Of a stretch of DNA of 43,776 nt, positions 18,323 to 26,987 are shown in pieces. Origin of the DNA: a virus. Lineage: Duplodnaviria; Heunggongvirae; Uroviricota; Caudoviricetes. A program made the position numbers and the translations under genes. Below the pieces are notes generated by a model that searched no databases, was not told the DNA's origin, and saw only the letters and a program-made list of their open reading frames with translations. The DNA lies in the IMG/VR virus record IMGVR_UViG_2537562190_000013; one strand, 5' to 3'. The number at the start of each line of letters is the position of its first letter. Positions within the stretch are counted from its first letter, which is position 1.

Positions 18323-18645
18323 CGACGTTAACTCAATGCCAGCAGCAGGTGCTGGATATGCTGATTTCTTATCAGAAAGAACGTGGCTTCCCGCCAACCA
18401 ATCAGGAGGTGGCAACCATGCTGGGATACCGTTCAGTGAATGCAGCGGTAGAACATCTTCGCGCACTGGAGAAAAAAGGCGTCATCACGATAAAGCGTGG
18501 CGTGGCCCGGGGCATCACGCTTCATACCGCGGTGAAGGACGACGACAGCGAGGCGGTCGGGATTATCCGCTCACTGCTTGTCGGTGAGGAAAACGCCAGG
18601 CTGCGTGCAGCCCACTGGTTACATGAGAGGGGCCTGAAAGTATGA
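18319..18645 (+). CDS. LexA N-terminal DNA-binding domain protein lacking the peptidase domain
   Basis: QQQVLDMLISYQKERGFPPTNQEVATMLGYRSVNAAVEHLRALEKKGVI closely parallels LexA residues 1-70; only 108 aa. Confidence 0.7.
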   Translation: MTTLTQCQQQVLDMLISYQKERGFPPTNQEVATMLGYRSVNAAVEHLRALEKKGVITIKRGVARGITLHTAVKDDDSEAVGIIRSLLVGEENARLRAAHWLHERGLKV

Positions 18646-19031
18646 AGCTGATCCTGCCTTTCCCGCCCAGCGTGAACACGTACTGGCGACACCCCAACAA
18701 AGGGGCGTTTGCAGGTAAGAGCCTGATAAGCGCGGCGGGGCGCAAATTCCAGAGCGCGGCGTGTGCAGCAATAGTTGAGCAGTTACGTCGTCTGCCAAAA
18801 CCAACGTCGGCACCTGCTTCAGTGGAGATCGTGTTGTTTCCTCCGGATAACCGGATCCGCGATCTGGACAACTATAACAAGGCGCTGTTTGACGCCCTGA
18901 CCCACGCGGGTGTGTGGGAAGACGACAGTCAGGTGAAAAGAATGCTGGTGGAGTGGGGACCGGTTATCCCGGAAGGGAAGGTCGAGATCACTATCAGTAA
19001 GTACGAGAAACCGGCGGGTGCAGCCGCCTGA
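18642..19031 (+). CDS. rusA: RusA-family Holliday junction resolvase
   Basis: PFPPSVNTYW and DLDNYNKALFDALTHAG...DDSQV motifs. Confidence 0.85.
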   Translation: MKLILPFPPSVNTYWRHPNKGAFAGKSLISAAGRKFQSAACAAIVEQLRRLPKPTSAPASVEIVLFPPDNRIRDLDNYNKALFDALTHAGVWEDDSQVKRMLVEWGPVIPEGKVEITISKYEKPAGAAA

Positions 19032-19050
19032 TTAAGAGGAGAAACGAAGT

Positions 19051-19848
19051 ATGAATAATCTGATGGTTATTGATGGTATTGAAGTTCGTCGTGATGCTTA
19101 TGGGCGTTACAGCCTGAACGATCTGCACAGGGCTGCCGGTTCTCTGGATAAACATAAGCCTGCATTCTGGCTCCGCAATGAGCAAACCGAACGTTTAATA
19201 AGCGAGTTGCAAATTTGCAACTCGGTCAATATGGCGCCAGTTAACGTTATTCGTGGCGGAAATAACCAAGGGACGTATGTCTGCAAAGAACTGGTGTATG
19301 CCTATGCAATGTGGATCAGCCCGTCATTCCATCTGAAGGTGATCCGTACTTTCGATATGGTAACCAGCACACCGGAAAAATTATCCGGGCAGGCTGCTGA
19401 CAAGATGCAGGCTGGCGTGATCCTGCTGGACTTTATGCGCCGGGAGTTAAATCTGTCTAACTCTTCAGTGCTTGGTGCCTGTCAGAAACTCCAGGAGGCT
19501 GTTGGCTTACCGAATCTGGCACCGCGCTATGCCATTGATGCTCCTGCTGACGCGCCTGATGGCTCAAGCCGCCCCACGCTGTCACTGAGTGCACTGCTGA
19601 AGCAGTATGGTATCCGCCTGACAGCTAATCAGGCATATCACCAGATGGCGAAGCTGGGGATCGTTGAACAACGCGAACGATACAGCCGTACCGCGATTAA
19701 CAACATCAAAAAATTCTGGTCGCTGACGGCGAAAGGCTGCATGTTCGGCAAGAACATCACCAGTCCTGCAAATCCGCGCGAGACGCAGCCGCATTTCTTC
19801 GAATCCCGATTCCCTGAGCTGTTAAAGCTACTCGATACCGTTCATTGA
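19051..19848 (+). CDS. KilA-N domain protein (antirepressor-like)
   Basis: N-terminal KilA-N-like region ...YSLNDLHRAAG...KPAFWLRNEQTERLI... Confidence 0.6.
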   Translation: MNNLMVIDGIEVRRDAYGRYSLNDLHRAAGSLDKHKPAFWLRNEQTERLISELQICNSVNMAPVNVIRGGNNQGTYVCKELVYAYAMWISPSFHLKVIRTFDMVTSTPEKLSGQAADKMQAGVILLDFMRRELNLSNSSVLGACQKLQEAVGLPNLAPRYAIDAPADAPDGSSRPTLSLSALLKQYGIRLTANQAYHQMAKLGIVEQRERYSRTAINNIKKFWSLTAKGCMFGKNITSPANPRETQPHFFESRFPELLKLLDTVH

Positions 19849-19849
19849 G

Positions 19850-20845
19850 GTGACCGTGAGAGCACTACTGACCCCTGAAATTGCCCCGCGTATGGGGATC
19901 GTATTGTTCAGGCCAGGTTCAGAGCTGATGCCCCTGTTTATGCAGGGGCGTGTCCTGCTGGAGCCAGAGCCGGAACGTTATTCATCTTTCGCCAGTGGTG
20001 CCGTTCCGGCGGCAACACAACCGCTGGCGGATGATCCTGCCGTTCGGACCGTGTTCCGCAATGAGGCAGTGATCCGTCGTGCTGGTGGCGTGGAATGTCA
20101 TGAAAGCTGGTTACTTCGTGAAAAGGGCTGTCAGTGGCCTCATTCTGACTGGCACAGCGAGAACATGACCACAATGCGGCACGCTCCGGGAGCAATTCGT
20201 CTGTGCTGGCACTGCGATAACCAGCTGCGTGACCAGTTCACGGAACGGCTGGAATCAATGGCAACGGATAACTGTGCCCGCTGGGTGTTGTCTGTCGTGC
20301 GTCGGGATCTCGGTTTTGATGACAGTCACGTTGTGACAATGCCGGAACTGTGCTGGTGGCTGGTTCGTAATGATCTGGCGGATGCCTTACCGGAAAGTGC
20401 AGCCCGTAAGGCACTGAGATTACCGAAGCCTGTTGTGCCATCTGTCACCCGGGAAAGTGACCTTGTGCCTTCGGTTCCTGCCACCAGCATCATCCAGGAT
20501 AAGGCGAAAAAGGTGCTGGCGCTGAAAGTGGATCCGGAGTCGCCGGAGTCTTTTATGTTACGCCCAAAACGTCGCCGCTGGGTTAATGAAAAGTACACGC
20601 GCTGGGTTAAGACGCAGCCGTGTGCATGTTGTGGAAAGCCTGCTGATGATCCCCACCATCTGATAGGCCACGGTCAGGGGGGAATGGGTACAAAAGCGCA
20701 TGATCTCTTTGTGTTGCCTTTGTGCAGAAAGCATCACGACGAGCTGCATGCGGATACCGTGGCATTTGAAGAGAAGTATGGCTCCCAGCTGGAGTTGATA
20801 TTTCGTTTTATCGATCGTGCGCTGGCAATTGGTGTGCTGGCCTGA
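19850..20845 (+). CDS. DUF968-family prophage protein (YdfU-like) with C-terminal Cys/His cluster
   Basis: CACCGKPADDPHHLIGHG...LCRKHHDELH motif block. Confidence 0.6.
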   Translation: MTVRALLTPEIAPRMGIVLFRPGSELMPLFMQGRVLLEPEPERYSSFASGAVPAATQPLADDPAVRTVFRNEAVIRRAGGVECHESWLLREKGCQWPHSDWHSENMTTMRHAPGAIRLCWHCDNQLRDQFTERLESMATDNCARWVLSVVRRDLGFDDSHVVTMPELCWWLVRNDLADALPESAARKALRLPKPVVPSVTRESDLVPSVPATSIIQDKAKKVLALKVDPESPESFMLRPKRRRWVNEKYTRWVKTQPCACCGKPADDPHHLIGHGQGGMGTKAHDLFVLPLCRKHHDELHADTVAFEEKYGSQLELIFRFIDRALAIGVLA

Positions 20846-20847
20846 TT

Positions 20848-21219
20848 TTGTGGAGAAAGTTGATGCGTGATATGTATGAAGTAATGGATCGTTGGGGAGC
20901 TTGGGCTGCTTCAGACAATAGCGGAGTGGACTGGCAGCCGATAGCGGCTGGTTTCAAGGGACTTTTACCTCATGGCAAAAAGTCACGGATTCAGTGTGAT
21001 GATGACGAAGGCATCATGATAGACAGTTGTGTGGCTCGGTTGAGAAGGTATAAACCAGAGGAATATGAGCTCATCATCGCCCACTTTGTTATCGGTATCT
21101 CATTACGCACTATTGCGAAGAAGAGAAAATGCTCTGATGGCACAATTAGGAAGGAACTGCAAACTGCAATGGGGTTTGTTGACGGCTGTTTAGCAATGTT
21201 AGCTTATAGTATGGCATAA
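20848..21219 (+). CDS. Q: Late-gene antiterminator Q (small Q family)
   Basis: MRDMYEVMDRWGAWAA...WQPIAAGFKGLL... pattern recalled from E. coli prophage Q proteins; sits upstream of the lysis cassette. Confidence 0.7.
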   Translation: MWRKLMRDMYEVMDRWGAWAASDNSGVDWQPIAAGFKGLLPHGKKSRIQCDDDEGIMIDSCVARLRRYKPEEYELIIAHFVIGISLRTIAKKRKCSDGTIRKELQTAMGFVDGCLAMLAYSMA

Positions 21220-22413
21220 AAAATAAAATAGATTTACTGCCGATTTTTCAAAAAAGACTGGGAACTGTTTATATCCAACGTAAATAAGGCCTCCATAAAA
21301 CATGGCTGATGCGAGATATTTAACAGTTCTCATCCTTTTTTTAGCTTTATCAATCAAACCTGTAATGCTACTCTTAATACTATCTGCATTATCTTTGATT
21401 TCTTTATTTTCTTCAAACTTTAAATACTTATCGAAAGCGGACTCCACTCGAGAACGTAAGTTGTCGAATGTTTCATTGAATATCTCAATAGAAATGTAAT
21501 TGACTTTTTTTATCATCCAAAGTCCTGCGATAATCAATATTGCTTCGGTTGTTTCATTAGCCTTCACTAAGCCACCAGCAGCTATTAATGCACCGGGAAT
21601 AGTCAATGCTTTTGTCTGATTAGATGATATGAATTCGTTAATTTTACTCGTGAACTCAAGATTTTTCTCATCGAGTTCGTTAAGAATTTTATTTACAGAA
21701 AACCTCTTTGTGTAAATCTCATATAGTTCATCATATTTTTTCCTGACGAGTTCAGTAGAGTTAAGCAAGTCAAAGAAATTGAACGTACCATTTGCTTTAA
21801 ATACTTCGTTTATGGCTGAGCGTATAACGAGCTTGCGCTCGCTTTTGTGTAAATCATTGATTTTTATTGTGTCGAGAAGCTCCTTTATAATTTCATATTT
21901 AAGAGACGAGTTCGATAAGCGATTAATCTCGCTATATTGTAAAAAATGCGTGAGTTCGACTGTATAACTTTTGTCTTCATTGGTGAAAAATAAGACAGAG
22001 CAGTCACTGTTATGATGATCAGCAATTAATGAAAGGATATCTTTCCACATAAAGAAAATATGGATTTTTTCGATGCTTTCATTCTTAGAAGTAGGGAGTA
22101 TTAACGGCGTTCCGATGATATAATTTTTCGGAAGAGCGTTTTGGGTGTTTACTCTAGACCAAAAAGACTCAACATTCTCATAAATTATAGCGTCATCCCA
22201 AGATGAAGCTTGGCGATCTAGCCAAATTTCATTATTTTCGATGCAGGTTGTTGCCTTTTTATAACCTATAGATTGTAACAGTCTAATTATTTCAGAACTA
22301 TTTACAATAACAATGCTTTCTTCAAGACTTATGACAGTGTAGTAGCCCTCAACTCTGCTTGAGGCTCCGTTAATAATCTGCGCTAATCTTGATAAGTCAT
22401 CAGCAATTGTCAT
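21199..22413 (-). CDS. Hypothetical protein with C-terminal hydrophobic segments; second gene of Q-lysis cassette
   Basis: 404-aa AT-rich ORF; hydrophobic stretches ALTIPGALIAAGGLV, AILIIAGLWMI, LASAMFYGGLIYVGY; 3' end overlaps the Q 3' end convergently. Confidence 0.6.
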   Translation of the reverse strand: MTIADDLSRLAQIINGASSRVEGYYTVISLEESIVIVNSSEIIRLLQSIGYKKATTCIENNEIWLDRQASSWDDAIIYENVESFWSRVNTQNALPKNYIIGTPLILPTSKNESIEKIHIFFMWKDILSLIADHHNSDCSVLFFTNEDKSYTVELTHFLQYSEINRLSNSSLKYEIIKELLDTIKINDLHKSERKLVIRSAINEVFKANGTFNFFDLLNSTELVRKKYDELYEIYTKRFSVNKILNELDEKNLEFTSKINEFISSNQTKALTIPGALIAAGGLVKANETTEAILIIAGLWMIKKVNYISIEIFNETFDNLRSRVESAFDKYLKFEENKEIKDNADSIKSSITGLIDKAKKRMRTVKYLASAMFYGGLIYVGYKQFPVFFEKSAVNLFYFLCHTIS

Positions 22414-22415
22414 TA

Positions 22416-23591
22416 TTAGCTGTCTCTATATCTTTTGAGTTCATCATAATTTGCCTGACTCAATTTTATCACAATTTCGCATTTGTTGTCAGTGAGAATT
22501 ACAGGCTTATTTGACTTTTCGTCTCCAATAGCTCCACGCATTATTTTCAACTTAAAATTATTGTCGTTATCTGCCACTTCAATTGTAAGCGCGCTTTCAG
22601 CTGCTTTAGGAGTTGGTTCAAATTGAGGGTCAATCTGGAAACCATTAAGATTAACAAAATCGACAAACGTTCCCTTACATTTGTGTGAATCAGTCAGGCA
22701 TGAGTCAATTATTTTTGAAATATCCTCTATCTTAACGGACTTATTTCCGTGTTTATCTTTTGATTTTTTTTCCAGTAAGGATTTAACTTCATTGTCAATA
22801 GTATCACGCAGTACACGACCGAGTGAGTTTTTACTAGCAAAAATATCTATAGCACTGAATAATTGCTGAATGCTTCTTTTATTGTCCGAATCATGTCGGC
22901 AACCTAATGAGTCTTTGAAAAAATCGCTTTTAGATTTACCTTGCAAGAAATGTACATATGAGTCACCCTTGTTTTCTGGATAACTGGCTTCGAATAAAGT
23001 TAAATCGAACATCGCAGCCTGCCGTAAGGCATCGGTATTAATTGGATTTAATCTTGTTGGGGTCAACTTATCCGAATCAAAGTCATAGGCGCTTTGTTTA
23101 TCAACCATTACGATTAGAAGTTTCCCCAAATCCTCTGGTTCGGTAGACTTATAGTGGATGAAAACAACGCTCCCCCCCTGAAGTTGGGCAACTCTCGATT
23201 CGTTATTAGCATTATGTTTAAGCTTCTCTATTATAGCTCTAGATAAATCAATGAATTCATTATTTTTATTAATGTATTTTTTTAGGATCGTAGGAATGGA
23301 TGAAGGGTTGTGATCTGAGTCTAGGAAGTTATGAAATTTGTTTTTTCGGCTAAATTTTTTCTCAATTCTGGTTATGAATTCAGATGTGACTTCATTTTTT
23401 AGATCCCAAACTTCACCTAATCGATAATCAAATGCTCTTGAATCATTTTTTTCAAGATTTGCTGTTACAGCACCAATAGGAAAGTACGATTGTTTGCCCA
23501 GCACTACAACATGAGGCGTGGCACCGCATTTATCGCAAGCTACAGTTGGGTCGTCAAGAACATTGCCACATTCTAAACAAGTTATATCCAT
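22416..23591 (-). CDS. Zinc-ribbon plus NdpA/YejK-like (nucleoid-associated protein family) domain protein; first gene of Q-lysis cassette
   Basis: N-terminal CLECG...CDKCG; central GGSVVFIHY ... DLTLFE ... YVHFLQGKSKSDFFKDSLG block resembling the YejK family as recalled. Confidence 0.55.
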   Translation of the reverse strand: MDITCLECGNVLDDPTVACDKCGATPHVVVLGKQSYFPIGAVTANLEKNDSRAFDYRLGEVWDLKNEVTSEFITRIEKKFSRKNKFHNFLDSDHNPSSIPTILKKYINKNNEFIDLSRAIIEKLKHNANNESRVAQLQGGSVVFIHYKSTEPEDLGKLLIVMVDKQSAYDFDSDKLTPTRLNPINTDALRQAAMFDLTLFEASYPENKGDSYVHFLQGKSKSDFFKDSLGCRHDSDNKRSIQQLFSAIDIFASKNSLGRVLRDTIDNEVKSLLEKKSKDKHGNKSVKIEDISKIIDSCLTDSHKCKGTFVDFVNLNGFQIDPQFEPTPKAAESALTIEVADNDNNFKLKIMRGAIGDEKSNKPVILTDNKCEIVIKLSQANYDELKRYRDS

Positions 23592-23708
23592 TATATATCC
23601 CGAATTATAAGAATGAATTTTTATGTGGCTGAAAATTCTATCAAAACACTAACGCGTACGCAAAAAGTATTGTATTGTGTTAAGAGTGGTTACTTCGCCA
23701 CACAGCTT

Positions 23709-23740
23709 AAACCCGCCGTCGAGCGGGTTTTGTCGTTTCT
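23709..23740 (+). terminator. Intrinsic terminator hairpin (tR'-like) upstream of lysis genes
   Basis: Perfect 8-bp stem AAACCCGC/GCGGGTTT with 6-nt loop followed by TGTCGTTTC. Confidence 0.55.
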
Positions 23741-23882
23741 GGGCCTGGGGATTCGTTGGGCCTAGTCTATCCCGCAGTTATCCATTGGCTCGGCTTCTTT
23801 GACGTTTCCGCTTCTGATTTGCGGTACATGATGTTTCCTCAATTTGCACCTGCTGTATCAGCGAGGTGAGAGATAACTACAA

Positions 23883-24209
23883 ATGCCTCATAACCCAAAT
23901 ACTTGGCTGGAGTTGGTCCAGAGCTGGTGGCGTGGAGACACACCGCTGGGCGCAGTGATTATGTCGATCGTTATGGCTGGCTTGCGCATTGCCTATTTTG
24001 GCGGTGGTGGTGGCTGGAAGAGAAAAACGCTCGAGATTTTGCTCTGTGGCGCTCTGACGCTGACCTTTGCATCCGCGCTTGAGTATGTCGGATGGCCTAA
24101 ATCGCTTTCTGTTGCCATTGGTGGTGGCGTTGGGTTGATCGGTGTCGATGCTATTCGTGGGGCTGCAATGAGAGTAATCGGTAACAAGTTTGGTGGCTCT
24201 AAGGAGTAA
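23883..24209 (+). CDS. Holin
   Basis: 108-aa protein with hydrophobic segments and Gly-rich region, directly upstream of endolysin; GAGGTGA ribosome-binding site. Confidence 0.7.
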   Translation: MPHNPNTWLELVQSWWRGDTPLGAVIMSIVMAGLRIAYFGGGGGWKRKTLEILLCGALTLTFASALEYVGWPKSLSVAIGGGVGLIGVDAIRGAAMRVIGNKFGGSKE

Positions 24210-24212
24210 TTT

Positions 24213-24689
24213 ATGCAGGTACTAAATTCCCAGCGTAAAGCTTTCCTGGATATGGTGGCATGGTCAGAAGGAACGGATAACGGGCGACAACCGACACGTA
24301 ACCACGGTTATGACGTTATTGTCGGTGGCGAACTCTTCACTGATTACTCCGATCACCCTCGCAAACTTGTCACGCTAAACCCGAAACTCAAATCAACAGC
24401 TGCAGGCCGTTATCAACTTCTTTCACGTTGGTGGGATGCTTACCGCAAGCAGCTTGGGCTGAAAGACTTCTCTCCCAGAAGCCAGGACTCAGTGGCATTA
24501 CAGCAGATTAAAGAGCGTGGCGCTTTACCGATGATTGACCGCGGCGATATTCGTCAGGCAATCGACCGTTGCAGCAATATCTGGGCTTCACTGCCGGGCG
24601 CTGGTTATGGTCAGTTCGAGCATAAGGCTGACAGCCTGATTGCAAAATTCAAAGAAGCGGGCGGAACGGTCAGAGAGATTGAGGTATGA
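24213..24689 (+). CDS. R: Endolysin, lambda R-type lytic transglycosylase
   Basis: Near-identical by recollection to lambda R ([20 protein letters not shown]...[23 protein letters not shown]...). Confidence 0.9.
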   Translation: MQVLNSQRKAFLDMVAWSEGTDNGRQPTRNHGYDVIVGGELFTDYSDHPRKLVTLNPKLKSTAAGRYQLLSRWWDAYRKQLGLKDFSPRSQDSVALQQIKERGALPMIDRGDIRQAIDRCSNIWASLPGAGYGQFEHKADSLIAKFKEAGGTVREIEV

Positions 24690-25123
24690 GCAGAGTCACC
24701 GCGATTATCTCCGCTCTGGTTATCTGCATCATCGTCTGCCTGTCATGGGCTGTTAATCATTACCGTGATAACGCCATGACCTACAAAGAGCAGCGCGATA
24801 AAGCCGCATCCATCATCGCTGATATGCAGAAGCGTCAACGTGATGTAGCAGAACTCGACGCCAGATACACAAAGGAGCTTGCTGATGCTAACGCGACTAT
24901 CGAAAGTCTCCGTGCTGATGTTTCTGCTGGTCGTAAGCGCCTGCAAGTCGCCGCCACCTGTGCAAAGTCAACGACCGGAGCCAGCAGCATGGGCGATGGA
25001 GAAAGCCCAAGACTTACAGCAGATGCTGAACTCAATTATTACCGTCTCAGAAGTGGAATCAACAGGATAACCGCGCAGGTTAACTACCTGCAGGAATACA
25101 TCAGGACGCAATGCCTGAAATGA
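24686..25123 (+). CDS. Rz: i-spanin Rz
   Basis: N-terminal membrane anchor then coiled-coil region; matches lambda Rz as recalled; overlaps endolysin stop. Confidence 0.85.
   Translation: MSRVTAIISALVICIIVCLSWAVNHYRDNAMTYKEQRDKAASIIADMQKRQRDVAELDARYTKELADANATIESLRADVSAGRKRLQVAATCAKSTTGASSMGDGESPRLTADAELNYYRLRSGINRITAQVNYLQEYIRTQCLK
24879..25070 (+). CDS. Rz1: o-spanin Rz1 lipoprotein embedded in Rz (+1 frame)
   Basis: Lipobox LVVSAC followed by Pro-rich segment. Confidence 0.75.
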   Translation: MLMLTRLSKVSVLMFLLVVSACKSPPPVQSQRPEPAAWAMEKAQDLQQMLNSIITVSEVESTG

Positions 25124-25158
25124 TCGGGCGATGAAAACCAAAAAAACAGGAGCAATAC

Positions 25159-25434
25159 ATGACTAAGCTTTATCACCGCATCTCAGCTTTTCTCTCTGGG
25201 TGCTGGGCGTTTATCACGTCTATTTCGTTCGTCATCTTTAGTTTCGGTAGCACAGCATGCTCGCTTAGTCGGGGTCTGTGGCGTGCTATTTCAGCACTAG
25301 CGCCGAAATTTTTACCTGAAAAGGTTGTTTGGCGAATTGTAGAGCGAATGTGTAGTGAGAGCGTTCGCGAGAAGATTAACGTATTTGGACGTCATCCTCG
25401 AAATACAGGCGCATTGTGCAGTTCGTTACTGTAG
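25159..25434 (+). CDS. Hypothetical small protein
   Basis: 91-aa ORF with AGGAG upstream; no recognised motifs. Confidence 0.35.
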   Translation: MTKLYHRISAFLSGCWAFITSISFVIFSFGSTACSLSRGLWRAISALAPKFLPEKVVWRIVERMCSESVREKINVFGRHPRNTGALCSSLL

Positions 25435-25552
25435 TCATTACAAAGCCCATCTTTGGGTTTGGTTTGTAATTTCGCTGCTGCAATAATCACCAGAAATATG
25501 GCATTGTAATTGGTGGTCATATGTCATACCCATCAATTACAAAGGAGCAGAC

Positions 25553-25804
25553 ATGTCATCTACAAAATTAGTTAAAACTATCCTTTTCCATGGAGATAAT
25601 AAATATGAAGTTTATGCAACCTCCGAGTACGCTGACGTAGATAGAATCATTCATTACAAGTTACGCTCATGTAAAAACACAGATGGTTCAGATGGCAAGT
25701 CTGAATCTATATGGGTTGTATATAATCCTGCTGTTCAATTACCGGATGATCTGAACTACAAAAAAGTTAGCAACATAGCTCCTTATCTTGAAAAGTTACA
25801 ATAA
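25553..25804 (+). CDS. Hypothetical small AT-rich moron protein
   Basis: 83-aa ORF with AAGGAG ribosome-binding site, followed by a terminator, flanked by direct repeats. Confidence 0.5.
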   Translation: MSSTKLVKTILFHGDNKYEVYATSEYADVDRIIHYKLRSCKNTDGSDGKSESIWVVYNPAVQLPDDLNYKKVSNIAPYLEKLQ

Positions 25805-25823
25805 ACTTCCTTTTCCACATGCT

Positions 25824-25850
25824 AAAAGCCTCGTATTCGCGGGGCTTTTT
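25824..25850 (+). terminator. Intrinsic terminator after moron ORF
   Basis: Stem AAAGCCUCG/CGGGGCUUU with UAUUCG loop then U-tract. Confidence 0.5.
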
Positions 25851-26016
25851 ATTGTCATTACAAAAGCCACTCCCTACAGAGTGGCTTTGATAATGGTTTA
25901 TACCCTACACGGGATAACTTAACTGATATCCCTTTTAACGGATAAACGGAGCCAACAATGGCAGAGAATGTCGGCATTATGGCAGTTAAATTTGGATAAA
26001 TCGGAGATTAGTACAT

Positions 26017-26367
26017 ATGCCGCCACGAATCCCGAAAGCCTGCCGTGCTCGAGGTTGCCGTAATACCACCACTGACCCGTCAGGCTATTGCGAAAGCCAC
26101 AAAAGCGAAGGCTGGAAGCAATACAAACCTGGACAATCCCGTCATCAGCGCGGCTACGGTTCGAAGTGGGACAGTATCCGCGCGCGTGTCCTGAAGCGTG
26201 ACAAAGGCCTGTGTCAGTTATGTCTGCGTTCTGGTGTGGTGCGTGAGGCGAAAACTGTTGACCACATCATCCCTAAAGCGCATGGCGGCACTGATGCTGA
26301 CAGTAATCTGCAGAGTCTGTGCTGGCCGTGTCATAAGGCGAAGACGGCCCGTGAACGGTTAAAGTGA
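26017..26367 (+). CDS. HNH endonuclease (terminase-associated)
   Basis: Cys-rich N-terminus; HNH motif DHIIPKAHGGTDADSNLQSLCWPCH. Confidence 0.8.
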   Translation: MPPRIPKACRARGCRNTTTDPSGYCESHKSEGWKQYKPGQSRHQRGYGSKWDSIRARVLKRDKGLCQLCLRSGVVREAKTVDHIIPKAHGGTDADSNLQSLCWPCHKAKTARERLK

Positions 26368-26492
26368 TAATAATTCTCAACTGTCTGAGGGGAGGGGCGG
26401 GTCAAATCCCTGTGACCTGACGTCTTCCGGACTGCCCGCCCCATCGTTTTTTTATACCCGCGAAAAATGAAATTTAACCAGGAGTGCCGCAT

Positions 26493-26987
26493 ATGGCTGG
26501 AACGGCGGGGCGTTCCGGGCGTCGCCCCAAGCCAACGGCGCGCAAGGCGCTGGCCGGAAACCCCGGCAAGCGAGCCCTGAATAAAGATGAACCTGTTTTT
26601 ACGCCCATCAAAGGTGTTGAGCCACCGGAGTGGTTCGCAGAAGAAAATCTCCCTCTCGCCACGATCATGTGGCAACTGACAACCAAAGAACTCTGCGGTC
26701 AGGGCCTGTTGTGCGTGACTGACCTCGCGGTGCTTGAGCGGTGGTGCGTGGCCTATGAGTTCTGGCGACGTGCCGTGAAAAATATTGCCATACAGGGCAA
26801 CACCATCACCGGTGCAATGGGCGGCAGGGTCAAAAATCCGGAGCTGACCGCCAAAAAAGAACAGGAGTCCGAGATGAGCAGCACGGGGGCAATGCTCGGA
26901 CTCGACCCCAGCAGCCGCCAGCGTCTGATTGGCCTGGCGGGGCAGAAGAAAGCCACTAACCCGTTTCTGAAAATCATCGAGTCATGA
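26493..26987 (+). CDS. Terminase small subunit (P27-like)
   Basis: N-terminal [29 protein letters not shown] pattern; GGAG ribosome-binding site; overlaps large-subunit start. Confidence 0.75.
   Translation: MAGTAGRSGRRPKPTARKALAGNPGKRALNKDEPVFTPIKGVEPPEWFAEENLPLATIMWQLTTKELCGQGLLCVTDLAVLERWCVAYEFWRRAVKNIAIQGNTITGAMGGRVKNPELTAKKEQESEMSSTGAMLGLDPSSRQRLIGLAGQKKATNPFLKIIES

Noticed and set aside
21220-23880. Shiga toxin or tRNA cargo in the Q-to-lysis slot
   Set aside because: No stxA/stxB-like ORFs or tRNA-like sequences; the slot holds the two-gene minus-strand cassette
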